Of a stretch of 32,000 nt of DNA, positions 1-10,011 are shown in pieces. The notes below the pieces were generated by a model. It saw only the letters and a program-made list of their open reading frames with translations, did no database searches and was not told where the DNA came from. The DNA comes from Bacillus phage PBS1. Every line of letters starts with the position of its first letter. Positions within the stretch are counted from its first letter, which is position 1. Where the stretch lies: sequence record NC_043027.1. One strand, written 5' to 3'. A program made the translations under genes and the position numbers.

Positions 1-63
1 ATGTTTTCTAATAAAAAACATATAATTAAGTTAAATCATAATATTAAAAGGAGGTACATCAAA

Positions 64-522
64 ATGTTATCCAAATATGAGTCATTATTATTAGTTGAAC
101 ATGAAGAATTTGATTCATATAGAGAAGAATATTTTCTATTAAAAGAAGGTTTAGCAACTGATGTCGATAAGACTACTAAAGGTATATTTAATATAATTAA
201 AAAACTCCATTCCTCTAGTGATGATAGATTAATTGAAAATATGCCAGATTTTTCTAGACTATTAACACGTTGTATCATTATTGGAAGTATTGCCGTTATC
301 AGTCCTGTTATCGGTCTTATTACTTTATATACTAGTTCAGTTATTAGAAGACGTAATGATGCTAATAGAAGAGAAAAATTAATTCATCTTTATTCTAGTA
401 AATTAGAATATATTGAAGACCGATTAACTAGAGAATCAGATGAAAAGAAAAGACAAAATATGATTAAAATGAAAAATAAATTAAAAAGTGACTTAGATAA
501 ACTAAAAGTCATTAAAGATTAA
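64..522 (+). CDS. Hypothetical protein with a central hydrophobic segment; ORF open from position 1, more likely start at 64
   Basis: ORF 1..522; AAAGGAGG ribosome-binding site just upstream of ATG at 64; hydrophobic stretch IIIGSIAVISPVIGLITLYTSSV. Confidence 0.6.
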   Translation: MLSKYESLLLVEHEEFDSYREEYFLLKEGLATDVDKTTKGIFNIIKKLHSSSDDRLIENMPDFSRLLTRCIIIGSIAVISPVIGLITLYTSSVIRRRNDANRREKLIHLYSSKLEYIEDRLTRESDEKKRQNMIKMKNKLKSDLDKLKVIKD

Positions 523-541
523 ATGAAGGGAGTGTATATAT

Positions 542-1183
542 GTGACAGATTTTGATACCCTTCTAATTGATTTTAATAAAAAATTAATGGAAGATACAAA
601 ACATAATAATAATTTTTTCCTTAAAGAAGATGAAGACGATGATGATGTAGGTATGGATAGTCTTGAAGACTTATCTGTTGGACATTCTAATGACCCTGCT
701 CATCCAGAAGATGAAACAGATAGTAAATCTGAAGAAACTAATGATGGTAATTCACCGGAATCTTTAGATGGAGGAGATGATAATTCAAATCCTTCAGATG
801 GAGATACTGGCGATTCAGATGATCAAGGGGATGCTGATTCAGGAGATTTGGATAATGAACAAGATGATAGTCCTACTGATAATGATAAAAAATTACAATT
901 GTATAAGTCATATAAGACAATCTACACTTCTATCGATAATTTTTTAGATAAAGTTTCATCTTATAAGGAATATTTAGATACAGAAGAAAATAAGAGTAAG
1001 AATTATGAACTTGTTGAATATATCGAAGATAAATTATATAATCTAAAAGATAGTACCAAAATTATGTTAACTGACAAAATTAAGACAATGGATTATGAAA
1101 AAGTAAAAACTGTTTTCGTATATACAAAAAGTGAAATTAACTTACTGGTCAACCTATTTAACAAATTTTCTTCTTCCAAGTAA
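542..1183 (+). CDS. Highly acidic Asp/Glu/Ser-rich protein directly upstream of the capsid gene; possible scaffold/prohead core or decoration protein
   Basis: 213-aa ORF preceded by GGGAG; DDDDVGMDSLED... low-complexity acidic region; position before the major capsid gene. Confidence 0.55.
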   Translation: MTDFDTLLIDFNKKLMEDTKHNNNFFLKEDEDDDDVGMDSLEDLSVGHSNDPAHPEDETDSKSEETNDGNSPESLDGGDDNSNPSDGDTGDSDDQGDADSGDLDNEQDDSPTDNDKKLQLYKSYKTIYTSIDNFLDKVSSYKEYLDTEENKSKNYELVEYIEDKLYNLKDSTKIMLTDKIKTMDYEKVKTVFVYTKSEINLLVNLFNKFSSSK

Positions 1184-1294
1184 TAAACAATTTAATAGTA
1201 AAAAAATTATAAATCAATTTATTAGATTTTATATTAGAGAGATCTAAACAAAAAATTATTAAAATCTAATAATTAAGAAAAGGAGTAATGATCA

Positions 1295-2890
1295 ATGTCC
1301 GTAGAATATCGAACTAATCATTCAACTGGAACAACTGATGAATTCAGTCAAACATTAAAAGAAAGTCATCAATATTTCTTACAAACTCAACAAGTAAACA
1401 TCCTTGGAGAAGGCTTCAGTGATGTTCTTTCTGAAGCATCCACTTTTAGTGCTTATGTAGATAAATTAGTAGAAGGCTTAGATGCAACTGAAGAAGCAGA
1501 TATGCGTCAATTACTTGCAAACAACCGTCAAGCAATCCTTCAAGAGTCCGTAGTTGCAGGTATCCCTCCAATTGCGTCTCTATCTATGCCAACTATTCGT
1601 AAAATGTGGGCTAAGATTGCATTGAAATATGCTATTCCTACTGAACCTGTTAAAACACCTGCTTTCTCTGTATCATTCTCTAAACCTTATATCATTGATT
1701 CAGTATCAGGTGAAAAACATTATCTTCCAGAATCTCTTCGTTCTTTAGATAATGGACTTGCTGAAAAAACAAAACTTTCTTCTCAAGCTTATGAGCTACC
1801 TTTGGATAACAAAGATCTTCTTGCTGATGTAGGTGCTTCTGCACAAGCTGGAGATGCAATTGATCGCCGTTTCCATATTGTTGAAGTTGAAGTTTCTGCG
1901 GCAAGTGCGACTGGAACAGCTGAGACTGCTGAAACAGTTAAAGTAAAAGTTAACTCTAAAATTGATATTAACAACAAACTATATGCTGAAGTTAAAGCTA
2001 AACACTCTGATGGTACTGTAACTTCTGACGTACTTATGGGTGCTGTTGATCCAGAAAAAGGTACTGTTAGCTTAGTATCTCTTCGTCAAGCAGTTAAAAA
2101 AGTTGTATTCCTTGGTTATGTATCTTCTGAGGCTCATAACAGAGCAACTAACGTATCTTTCGATATTGAACGTAGAGATATCACTATCGGAACTGGCGAA
2201 CACTTAGAGGCTTCTCTACCACTTGAAATGCTAACTGATACAATGGCACTTTATCAAATTGATGGTGCTAATGAAGTGGTAGACACAATGTCTAACGTTA
2301 CAGCTCAAAAAGTTGACCAAGAAATTTATAATTTCATTGATGCGGCTTTCCAATCTAACCCTACTTATATGGGTAAATTTAACGTTCATCCTGCACCTCA
2401 GTTTGCTGGAAATCCTAGAGACTGGTTGGATGGTATCAAACGAGTAATTGATTACTTTGCTCAAAAAATTAAATCTGAAACTTACTACTACCAAGGTTAC
2501 TTTGTAATTGTTGGGAACCCACTTGATACTGCTTTGATTCCAAATGTTACTTGGACATTTAACCGAGTATCAGATGCTCAAAATGGTATTGAAGTAGATT
2601 ACAGTATTGGAGCTGTTTCTGGTGCAAGCCGTTACACAATTGTTTCTTCTGACTTGATTCCTCAAGGCGAATTGACAATGTTCATGGTTCCACTTACTAA
2701 TAAATTTATGACGTTCAAGTACTATCCGTACACTTTCAATGTTGTACACAACTACCTGAACACTCGTAATCCTAATATTCCTTCCATTATGATGACTAAA
2801 CGTCATACCCTTGAAGAGTTCCTTCCAATGGTATGCAAAATCAAAATTGAGAACAATGATGGTACTCTTGTTTCTCAATATAATGGATAA
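1295..2890 (+). CDS. Probable major capsid protein (T4 gp23-like/myovirus)
   Basis: 531-aa ORF, AAAAGGAG RBS; ends of the type ...HTLEEFLPMVCKIKIENNDGTLVSQYNG; Gly/Ala-rich, codon-optimised, location in late module, followed by strong terminator. Confidence 0.75.
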   Translation: MSVEYRTNHSTGTTDEFSQTLKESHQYFLQTQQVNILGEGFSDVLSEASTFSAYVDKLVEGLDATEEADMRQLLANNRQAILQESVVAGIPPIASLSMPTIRKMWAKIALKYAIPTEPVKTPAFSVSFSKPYIIDSVSGEKHYLPESLRSLDNGLAEKTKLSSQAYELPLDNKDLLADVGASAQAGDAIDRRFHIVEVEVSAASATGTAETAETVKVKVNSKIDINNKLYAEVKAKHSDGTVTSDVLMGAVDPEKGTVSLVSLRQAVKKVVFLGYVSSEAHNRATNVSFDIERRDITIGTGEHLEASLPLEMLTDTMALYQIDGANEVVDTMSNVTAQKVDQEIYNFIDAAFQSNPTYMGKFNVHPAPQFAGNPRDWLDGIKRVIDYFAQKIKSETYYYQGYFVIVGNPLDTALIPNVTWTFNRVSDAQNGIEVDYSIGAVSGASRYTIVSSDLIPQGELTMFMVPLTNKFMTFKYYPYTFNVVHNYLNTRNPNIPSIMMTKRHTLEEFLPMVCKIKIENNDGTLVSQYNG

Positions 2891-2897
2891 TAAATAA

Positions 2898-2940
2898 AAA
2901 TATCAGTTGTGACCATAACGGTTACAACTGATATTTATTT
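2898..2940 (+). terminator. Rho-independent terminator after the capsid gene
   Basis: AAATATCAGTTGTGACC-ataac-GGTTACAACTGATATTT followed by ATTTT. Confidence 0.85.
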
Positions 2941-2956
2941 TAAGAGGTGTAGATGT

Positions 2957-3928
2957 ATGGTAGATACTATTTTACTAGAAAAAATTTATCATAGAACAGA
3001 ATTGGATCAATTAGATGACTGCTTTGAAGAAATACTTAATCTACTACCATCGAAGAATTTTAAAGATGCTGGTTTTAAAAGGAATATATCAAAAATAGAA
3101 AAACTCTTGAAGAGTACTTTTAATATAGATTGTAAAATTTTTCTTCATCCAACATTGAGTAATAAAGTAAGTTATGGTATGAGAATTTTCCCTTCTTATG
3201 AAGAAATGAAAGGACAATATTTAGAAGCCATTGAATCTAAGAAAAAAGGTTATCAGTTAATCGATTGTCATAATGTATCAATTGAAATTGAAGGATCTCT
3301 TTTAAACCTATTTAAAAGAGAAGGAGCAACAGCTAGAATGCTAACTGCAATTTTAATTCATGAAATTGGACATAAAGTATATGTTAAAGTTCAAAATGCT
3401 CTTAGGGATGAAGAAAATTCTAAGAATATGGCTAATATTGGTTATGGCATGGGATTAGCTATGGCAGTACTCTCTATGACCGTTAGAATGGGTAAGAGAA
3501 CTTTATCAGTTCCATTAACTGTAATGAGCCCAATTATAGGTTTTGTAGGTTTGGTTATGATTGTAATGGGTACAAGTTCTCTTATGGATTTTGTTGCAAA
3601 TAAATATTATTCAGAGAGAGAAATATATAGTGATAGTTTAGCAGTTAAATATGGATATGCTGATGAGATGTATCAGACACTCTCAATGCTTCAAAATCAT
3701 ACTAACTCAACTCATAAAATTAGTACGAATGTATTTATTAATTGGATAAGGAAAAATTTAAACTTCTATTATTTAAGAAGAAAAGGAGTTATTGATGTTC
3801 TCAAGAAAGAATATCAAACTGCTGAAACAGAATTAGAGAAAGAGTTGATTAAGAAAGTACTAATTGATTTAAATAATAAGCAGAATAAAGATTTTGGTGA
3901 GGATAATACTCTTTTATTAAAAAAATAA
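2957..3928 (+). CDS. Zinc metallopeptidase-like membrane protein (M48-like, HEIGH motif)
   Basis: ILIHEIGHKVY (HExxH) followed by transmembrane segments and SEREIYSDSLAVKYGY (candidate third ligand); start at 2957 preferred because the track start (2909) lies inside the terminator hairpin. Confidence 0.65.
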   Translation: MVDTILLEKIYHRTELDQLDDCFEEILNLLPSKNFKDAGFKRNISKIEKLLKSTFNIDCKIFLHPTLSNKVSYGMRIFPSYEEMKGQYLEAIESKKKGYQLIDCHNVSIEIEGSLLNLFKREGATARMLTAILIHEIGHKVYVKVQNALRDEENSKNMANIGYGMGLAMAVLSMTVRMGKRTLSVPLTVMSPIIGFVGLVMIVMGTSSLMDFVANKYYSEREIYSDSLAVKYGYADEMYQTLSMLQNHTNSTHKISTNVFINWIRKNLNFYYLRRKGVIDVLKKEYQTAETELEKELIKKVLIDLNNKQNKDFGEDNTLLLKK

Positions 3929-3958
3929 AGAAGGGCAAAGTATCTGTCCTTCTTTATT
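3924..3958. terminator. Bidirectional terminator between convergent genes
   Basis: AATAAAGAAGG ... CCTTCTTTATT inverted repeat. Confidence 0.8.
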
Positions 3959-3962
3959 GTAA

Positions 3963-4151
3963 CTATTCAGTTATTAATTGTCCAAGATTATCAACTATAT
4001 AAGTAGCAAATGGTCCAATATCATACAATTCATCTTCCATATCATTTAGTTCTCCGATAAATTCGCTATTGCTATCATCATCTAATTCTACAAAATCAAA
4101 ACTAATTTCATCAATACCATCAAGTAGTTCTTTGACCTCCGCTTTGCTCAT
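3963..4151 (-). CDS. Small acidic hypothetical protein
   Basis: 62-aa ORF with GGAGG upstream of ATG on the - strand. Confidence 0.6.
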   Translation of the reverse strand: MSKAEVKELLDGIDEISFDFVELDDDSNSEFIGELNDMEDELYDIGPFATYIVDNLGQLITE

Positions 4152-4242
4152 TTCAAATTCCTCCTTGAGTGAGAGTTGGTATTTCTAGATGTTTTATTTT
4201 AACCAGAAAACTTCATCTTGAAACTCAAAAAAGAAAAAAAAA

Positions 4243-4272
4243 ATTCACCTGAACTAGTTTATGCAGGTGAAT
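4243..4272 (-). terminator. Terminator downstream of the sigma4/alphaCTD-like gene
   Basis: - strand ATTCACCTG ... CAGGTGAAT followed by a run of T. Confidence 0.75.
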
Positions 4273-4284
4273 CTCTAAGATGTC

Positions 4285-4998
4285 TTATGTTAGTTTAGTT
4301 AGTAGGATTCTAAATCCATTTACACTAACAGGGGAATATTGAATACTAGTTATATTTTTATCTGGAAATTGGTTTCTTATATAACTCTCAGTTTCTTCAT
4401 TTTCAGGTATAGCAAAATAATCCAAAATGGAGTTATCACTATTTTCAAATGTTATAAAAGCACCATATAATTTATACTCAAATCCTTCTATTCCATGAGT
4501 TTTCTTATATTCAGTAATTATCTTATCGGATATTCCCATTGTTTCTAAAGCAGTTAATATCATTTTTTCAGAAAGATCACCAAGTTTATCAATACTCTTT
4601 AATCTTTTCTTACTCATATAATCTATTAATTTACTTAGATTATCTAAACCATTCCGTCTTAATAAGTTAAACGTTCTTAAATCTAGTAAATCTTTATCAA
4701 TTTGATATGTTAAATTTTTCTTTCTTTTACCTTCTTGTATTTCTTCATTTTTACATTTTTCAAATGCTGTCCATACTAACTGATTTACTCTTGCTGATGA
4801 TAGATTTACGATCTGTCCTACTTCTTCATTAGAAAGTATTCTATCTCCACCAAATTTTATAATTACTGTCTGTAATTCATTATTCGTAATCACATCTTTG
4901 TTTCTTTTAAAGAATTTAATTACATCCTCTAATTCATAATTGATTCCAAAGTATTCTATTATTTCCTTGTCAATATTTCTTCTCTCTTTTCGTACCAA
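4285..4998 (-). CDS. Transcription-factor-like protein: sigma region 4-like HTH plus RNAP alpha-CTD-like helix-hairpin-helix segment
   Basis: LSNEEVGQIVNLSSARVNQLVWTAFEK resembles sigma-70 region 4.2; DLLDLRTFNLLRRNGLDNLSKLIDYMSKKRLKSIDKLGDLSEKMILTAL resembles alpha-CTD. Confidence 0.6.
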   Translation of the reverse strand: MVRKERRNIDKEIIEYFGINYELEDVIKFFKRNKDVITNNELQTVIIKFGGDRILSNEEVGQIVNLSSARVNQLVWTAFEKCKNEEIQEGKRKKNLTYQIDKDLLDLRTFNLLRRNGLDNLSKLIDYMSKKRLKSIDKLGDLSEKMILTALETMGISDKIITEYKKTHGIEGFEYKLYGAFITFENSDNSILDYFAIPENEETESYIRNQFPDKNITSIQYSPVSVNGFRILLTKLT

Positions 4999-5104
4999 TG
5001 ACTTTCTCTCCTTTCACTCTTTCTCATATATAATATATACTTAGTTTTATATTTTAATACGGTACAAACATTCTATTAATATATCATAATAGGAGGTTGA
5101 TTAA

Positions 5105-8100
5105 ATGTATGATTATTCTACTAGAAACCTAAGTTTTATTAAGATCTGGAAGTTTCTAAAAGATCAAGGTATAAAAAATAATAAATTCTTTTTAAAATTG
5201 AATGATGAAACATTACAAGGTGTTGATCCATATGATCCAAATTTAACTGATGAACAAAAGGTAAGAATACAGGTTGAAGTAATGACTAACTTTTGGTATT
5301 TCTTGAGGGAAGTAGTGCGAATTCCTGAATCGGGTGGTTCTATTCATTTCATGCTACACAGAGCTAATCTTGGTCAAATGTTTCTTATGGAAAATAATAT
5401 TGATATGATTGAGATACTACCTCGTCAGAATGGAAAAACAATTGGGGCTGTATGTCGATATATATGGGTATATCATTGGGCTACCAAAAATACTCATATG
5501 ATTTTTAGTAATAAACAATACGCCGATTCCCAATTAAATATTAAACGTTTCAATGATATAACAGAATTATTACCAAGTTATTTAAAAACGCATTTAGATC
5601 CTAAAAAAGATACAAATAACTTAGCTCAAATTTCATGTGCAAAGAATAATAATAAAATTGATGCAATGAGTACTGCTAGGACTGTTACTGACGCTGACAA
5701 ACTGGGTTAACTAACTATGGCTCAGTATAAACTCCTTTAATTTCTGGAACGTCCTTCCAAGGATAATCAGAAGCTAAGACTTTTAAAAGTAAAGTTCAAC
5801 GACTATCGAAACCGACTTATCAGATCGTTGTGATAACGCTAGATAGGGATAAGGGAGTAGAGTAGAATACAAGCTATAGGTATTCAAAAAGGGGAGCGCC
5901 GTATTTAGGTGAAGATATAGTCTCATCTCTATGGTAACATAGAGCAGTTCATAAGAGAACGGTATAGGCGTAGCGAACCTATATGAAGGTAACTTGCGTG
6001 GTTGTACAGTACCAATTATATGGTTAAATTTTTAGCCCATTATAATAGTGATATTATAATGAATCCTTCTTAACTGCTGGAACATCCTTTTAGGACAATC
6101 AGCATCCAAGCATTGTTATATAAATAACAATGAAGGTTCAACGACTATCGAAACCGACTTATCAGATCGTTGTGATAATGCTAGATAAGGATAAGGGAGT
6201 AGAGTACAACTCAAGCGATTGGAGTTGGAAATGGAAGGCATCTCAATGAGATGAAGATATAGTCTCATCTTCATGGTAACATGGAGCAGTTCATAAGAGA
6301 ACGGTATAGGCGTAGCGAATCTATATGAAGATAAATGATGATGAATTTGCATTTTTAAAATATAATGATACGGTATACGCTAAACTGGTGTAACTGGCGT
6401 ATTAAAACTCTCTTAACTGCTGGAAACTCCTAAAGTCTTTAGTACCAAAGTGTAATAATCTAAAGGATATATGGACAATCAGCATCCAAGCATTGTTATA
6501 AATAACAATGAAGGTTCAACGACTATCGAAAAATATAATTTGTATTATATTGAGTAGAGTACTTTCAAGCGAAAGGAAAAGGAGAGCATGATGAAGGTAT
6601 TAAATACTGGAGTGAAGATATAGTCTCATCTCTATGGAAACATAGAGCAGTTCATAAGAGAACGCATTAGACGTAGCGAATCTAATGGAAGGTAATTATG
6701 AGTGCTGCACCAGCACTATCAAAAGCATCAGAAGCCGCACAGCGTAATGGTACTCCTTACGGAAAATTAATTACAACAACTCCTAAACTATTGGGCAATA
6801 CATTAGTAATAATGTAATTGAATCTTCCTTAATTGCTGGAAAATCCTATATGGACAATCAGCATCCAAGCATTGTTGTTTATAACAATGAAGGTTCAACG
6901 ACTATCGAAACCACTCTAACAGATCGTTGTGATAACGCTAGTTAGAAGGAAGGGAGTAGAGTACAACCTAAGTGATTGAGGTTGGAAAAGGGAAGCATCT
7001 CAATGAGATGAAGATATAGTCTCATCTTCATGGTAACATGGAGCAGTTCATAAGAGAACGCATTAGATGTAGCGAATCTAATGGAAGATAAATGAATGAT
7101 CTTGATACAGAAATGGGTAAATATTGTAAGGGTATGATTGATGATGCATGTCCATTTGATGAAGCTTGGTATGATTGGGATATTGATGAAATTAAAAAAT
7201 ATATTGAACAGAACTCTCGAAATGACTTTGTTTATTTAGTATTTAATTATAAAGAGTTAGGACATGATGAGAAATGGTATCAAAAACAATGTCGTCAGCT
7301 CAATAATGACTTATTAAAAATTAAACGTGAAATATTATTGGAATGGACATTGGCTAACGATACTTCGCCTTTTTCAGAGGAACAATTAGCAGAAATTGGA
7401 CAACATGCAGGTGAACCTATTGGTAAGTTTTATGTAATGAAAAGATATAAATTTGAAATTTTCAGTGAAATGCGAAATATATTTAAAAAATCATGGCTAA
7501 TCGGTATAGATATTGGAGCAGGTTTGAATCGAGATTTTACAGTGATATCTATTATTGATCCTAAAGATATGGTTCAAAAAGCAGTATTTAGAAGTAATAA
7601 TATATCTTTACCTGATTTAAAAGATTTGGTTATACACCTAGTATTAGAATTTTGTCCTAATGGTGTCATTATTCCAGAACGAAATAACTTAGGTATCTCT
7701 TTAATACAAGATCTACTACGTTCAGAAGTAGCTAATAACTTATATTATGAAGTTAGAGAAGTAAAAGGAGAAAAGAAAGTTGATGATCCAAAAAGATCAT
7801 CTAAAAAGACAGTTAAGACTAAAACAAGAGTTTATGGGGTTACTACTAGTAAAGATAGTCGGGATATAATGATCAATGAGATTCTTAGTAATGCAGTTAA
7901 TGATACTCCATATGTGTTTACAAGTAAATATATTTTTGAAGAATTAAGAACATTAGAAAGAAATAAGAAAGGAAAGATTGAGCATAGGGATGGAGGTCAT
8001 GATGATACATTATTCTCATGGCTAGTGGCATGCTATGCTTTCTTATATGGAAATAATATAAATAAATTTGTTAAAGTCATCAGTGATGGCGATAATAATG

Positions 8101-8306
8101 AGAATGAAGAAAATAATAAAGATAGAGCTAGAAACATTCATGCATTGTCTAAAATTAATAGTGGTGAAAAATCACAGAGTGAAATATTATTAGAAATGTA
8201 TAAGAATGAAAGTAGATTTTTTGAAGATCATAATGAGAATGATAATAATATTAGAAAGCAAAAAAGAATGAAAAGCCTAAATTTTATTACTAGTTTAAAT
8301 AGATAA
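5105..8306 (+). CDS. terL: Terminase large subunit, join(5105..5707,5997..6024,6338..6381,6700..6783,7095..8306), 656 aa, interrupted by four group I introns
   Basis: Exon 1 has Walker A-like PRQNGKT; spliced junctions read DADKLG|RGCTVPIIW|YDEFAFLKYNDTVYA|SAAPALSKASEAAQRNGTPYGKLITTTP|NDLDTEMGKYC, matching the conserved Walker B/coupling regions; total 1971 nt in frame. Confidence 0.9.
5708..5996 (+). other. Group I intron 1 in terL (289 nt)
   Basis: P1: exon ACUGGGU pairs with IGS GCUCAGU with terminal U.G; P10: CGUGGU(exon 2) x ACUAUG; P/Q/R/S-like elements (ggaacgtcc, aatcagaagc, gttcaacgacta, aagatatagtc); ends in G. Confidence 0.9.
6025..6337 (+). other. Group I intron 2 in terL (313 nt)
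   Basis: Core elements taactgctggaacatcc / gacaatcagcatcc / gttcaacgacta / aagatatagtc; 3' end gaagataaatG identical to intron 4; P1 weak (bulged C), so the 5' site is inferred mainly from reading frame. Confidence 0.85.
6382..6699 (+). other. Group I intron 3 in terL (318 nt)
   Basis: P1: exon AUACGCU x IGS GGCGUAU, 7 bp with terminal U.G; core elements; P10 AGU x ACU; ends in G; frame restored. Confidence 0.9.
6784..7094 (+). other. Group I intron 4 in terL (311 nt)
   Basis: Core elements; P10 AAUG x UAUU; ends gaagataaatG; frame restored TTTP|NDLD; P1 short (CCU x GGG). Confidence 0.85.
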
Positions 8307-8309
8307 ATG

Positions 8310-8339
8310 AAAGAATGTAGATGAAAATCTACATTCTTT
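8310..8339 (+). terminator. Terminator after terL
   Basis: AAAGAATGTAGAT-GAAA-ATCTACATTCTTT then T run. Confidence 0.85.
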
Positions 8340-8391
8340 TTTATATTGAAGAGAATTACTAACAAATTCATATGAATTTAATTAAAATTAG

Positions 8392-9186
8392 TTGACATAT
8401 ATAGGAGGAAGTCTAATGGCTGAAATGATGGATGAACAAGAAGCAAAATTTTTAACAGATGAGGATATTGATCATGTAATTACATCTTTATCAGATGATA
8501 TTATTTTTGATAGTTTGAAAGAACAGATTAGCAATGTATTTGTACAATCTGATAGTAATCCAGTATACTATATTACTTATTTTACTGGTAAATATAATTA
8601 TATTATGAATAAATATTCAGAGTATGAAGAAGTATGTGAAAAAATAAAAGAAATTAGAGAAGAATTTTATGAAAAACTTAAAACACTAATTGAAGAAAAA
8701 TTTGATTTTACATTAAATTTACCTGCATTCTTTGATGATGAAGAGAAGTTTAATATTATTGGGAACCTTTATGATTTCTTCATAATTAGAAATAAAGTAA
8801 ATTCAGTTAATGTTATCTCTGGATATATTGACAGAGAAATTAAAGATCTTATTAAATATTATAAGCCTTTAATTGATAAAAAAGACCTTACCTACAATAA
8901 CATCAAGAAGACTATTAATAAAGATATTGCAGTAATTATTTGTAAATTACCTGACATTATTTCAAACCTGACAGTGGAGTCTGGGTTTGATCTAGTACAG
9001 CTAATGATAGATGATGAACAAGAAATTACGAATATGGTTATTGGTACTTTATTTGATGAGAATACTGAATATATTAATATTGGAGAAAGCTTTATTGATA
9101 ATATTCTTAATGCTATTAAGAAAAATGAAGTATATTACTTGCAGGCTAGAACTCAATTAGTAAATAAATATTCAGATAAAAAATAA
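8392..9186 (+). CDS. Hypothetical protein in the late module
   Basis: 264-aa ORF; GGAGG is followed by internal ATG at 8419 (MAEMMDEQ...), the more likely start. Confidence 0.65.
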   Translation: MTYIGGSLMAEMMDEQEAKFLTDEDIDHVITSLSDDIIFDSLKEQISNVFVQSDSNPVYYITYFTGKYNYIMNKYSEYEEVCEKIKEIREEFYEKLKTLIEEKFDFTLNLPAFFDDEEKFNIIGNLYDFFIIRNKVNSVNVISGYIDREIKDLIKYYKPLIDKKDLTYNNIKKTINKDIAVIICKLPDIISNLTVESGFDLVQLMIDDEQEITNMVIGTLFDENTEYINIGESFIDNILNAIKKNEVYYLQARTQLVNKYSDKK

Positions 9187-9200
9187 ATTATTGGAGGACT

Positions 9201-9917
9201 ATGAAGATGGCAGTTATCGACAGTAAAAATAATGACATGATTAAAACAATGAAAGGACTTCAAGAAAGTTCAGAATCACTATTAAAAACTTTTAAAGATC
9301 TAGGTTTAGATAAAGAAAATAAAGAAGATTTTGAGGTATTAGAAAAGTCTGCTAATGAAATTAAGCAAGAATTTGATACTATTGCTACGATTGAGGAAGA
9401 AGTTAAGAAATATTCTGGCTGTAGTGCTTTTATTAAACAGCTAGAAGAGGTTCTTGAAGATGATTCACAGAGTGAAGAATTAAAAGAAAAAATTAAGAGA
9501 CAGATTTTTATGATTAAAAGTAGTTATAATTTTAAAGCATTTAGTGAATTACAACCTACTTTAAAGCCTAAAACTTTACTTAATAATTATAAAGCATTAC
9601 GAAATAAAGCTGAAAATAAATTAAAGAATAATAATACTTTTACATTTAATACATCCTTTTATTTAGAAAAAATGATTAAAGGAGTATTACCAGATGATTT
9701 GAAATCTTATTCTAGAATGACAGCGTCATATATTTATGCTTTTATTAATACTGCTTCTCTTAAGCGAGGCGGTTATGCTATCTTTGTTGGATTCTTAATT
9801 AACAATATTAATAATTTAGATAAAGAATATCCAGAAAAAGAAGAATTGATTAATAATCTTATCAAATTAACTCAGTTACTAAAAGATGAATTAATTGGTA
9901 GTGCTAAAACAAAGTAA
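9201..9917 (+). CDS. Hypothetical protein, coiled-coil-rich, late module
   Basis: 238-aa ORF, GGAGG upstream. Confidence 0.65.
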   Translation: MKMAVIDSKNNDMIKTMKGLQESSESLLKTFKDLGLDKENKEDFEVLEKSANEIKQEFDTIATIEEEVKKYSGCSAFIKQLEEVLEDDSQSEELKEKIKRQIFMIKSSYNFKAFSELQPTLKPKTLLNNYKALRNKAENKLKNNNTFTFNTSFYLEKMIKGVLPDDLKSYSRMTASYIYAFINTASLKRGGYAIFVGFLINNINNLDKEYPEKEELINNLIKLTQLLKDELIGSAKTK

Positions 9918-9924
9918 ATAAATA

Positions 9925-9960
9925 AGTAAACCTATATATTAAATTATATATAGGTTTACT
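9925..9960 (+). terminator. Terminator
   Basis: AGTAAACCTATATA ... TATATAGGTTTACT then TTATTATT. Confidence 0.75.
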
Positions 9961-10011
9961 TATTATTAAAACATAATATTGAACTACTAAGTCATGAAAG
10001 GAGTTTAACAA

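Noticed and set aside
5708-5710. In-frame TAA ending the 201-aa terminase ORF as a genuine stop or frameshift/pseudogene
   Set aside because: The stop is the first triplet of a group I intron with strong P1/P10 pairings; removing four introns restores a continuous terminase frame.
6116-6352. 78-aa ORF on the - strand (and other antisense ORFs such as 1692..1904, 2231..2494, 2570..2878, 13086..13310, 14147..14359, 26217..26498, 29666..29866)
   Set aside because: They are antisense to or out of frame with well-supported genes or intron cores and lack convincing starts.
7092-7094. ATG at 7092 as start of a separate 404-aa gene
   Set aside because: The ATG is the last 3 nt of intron 4; no good RBS, and exon 5 begins with AAT in frame with exon 4.
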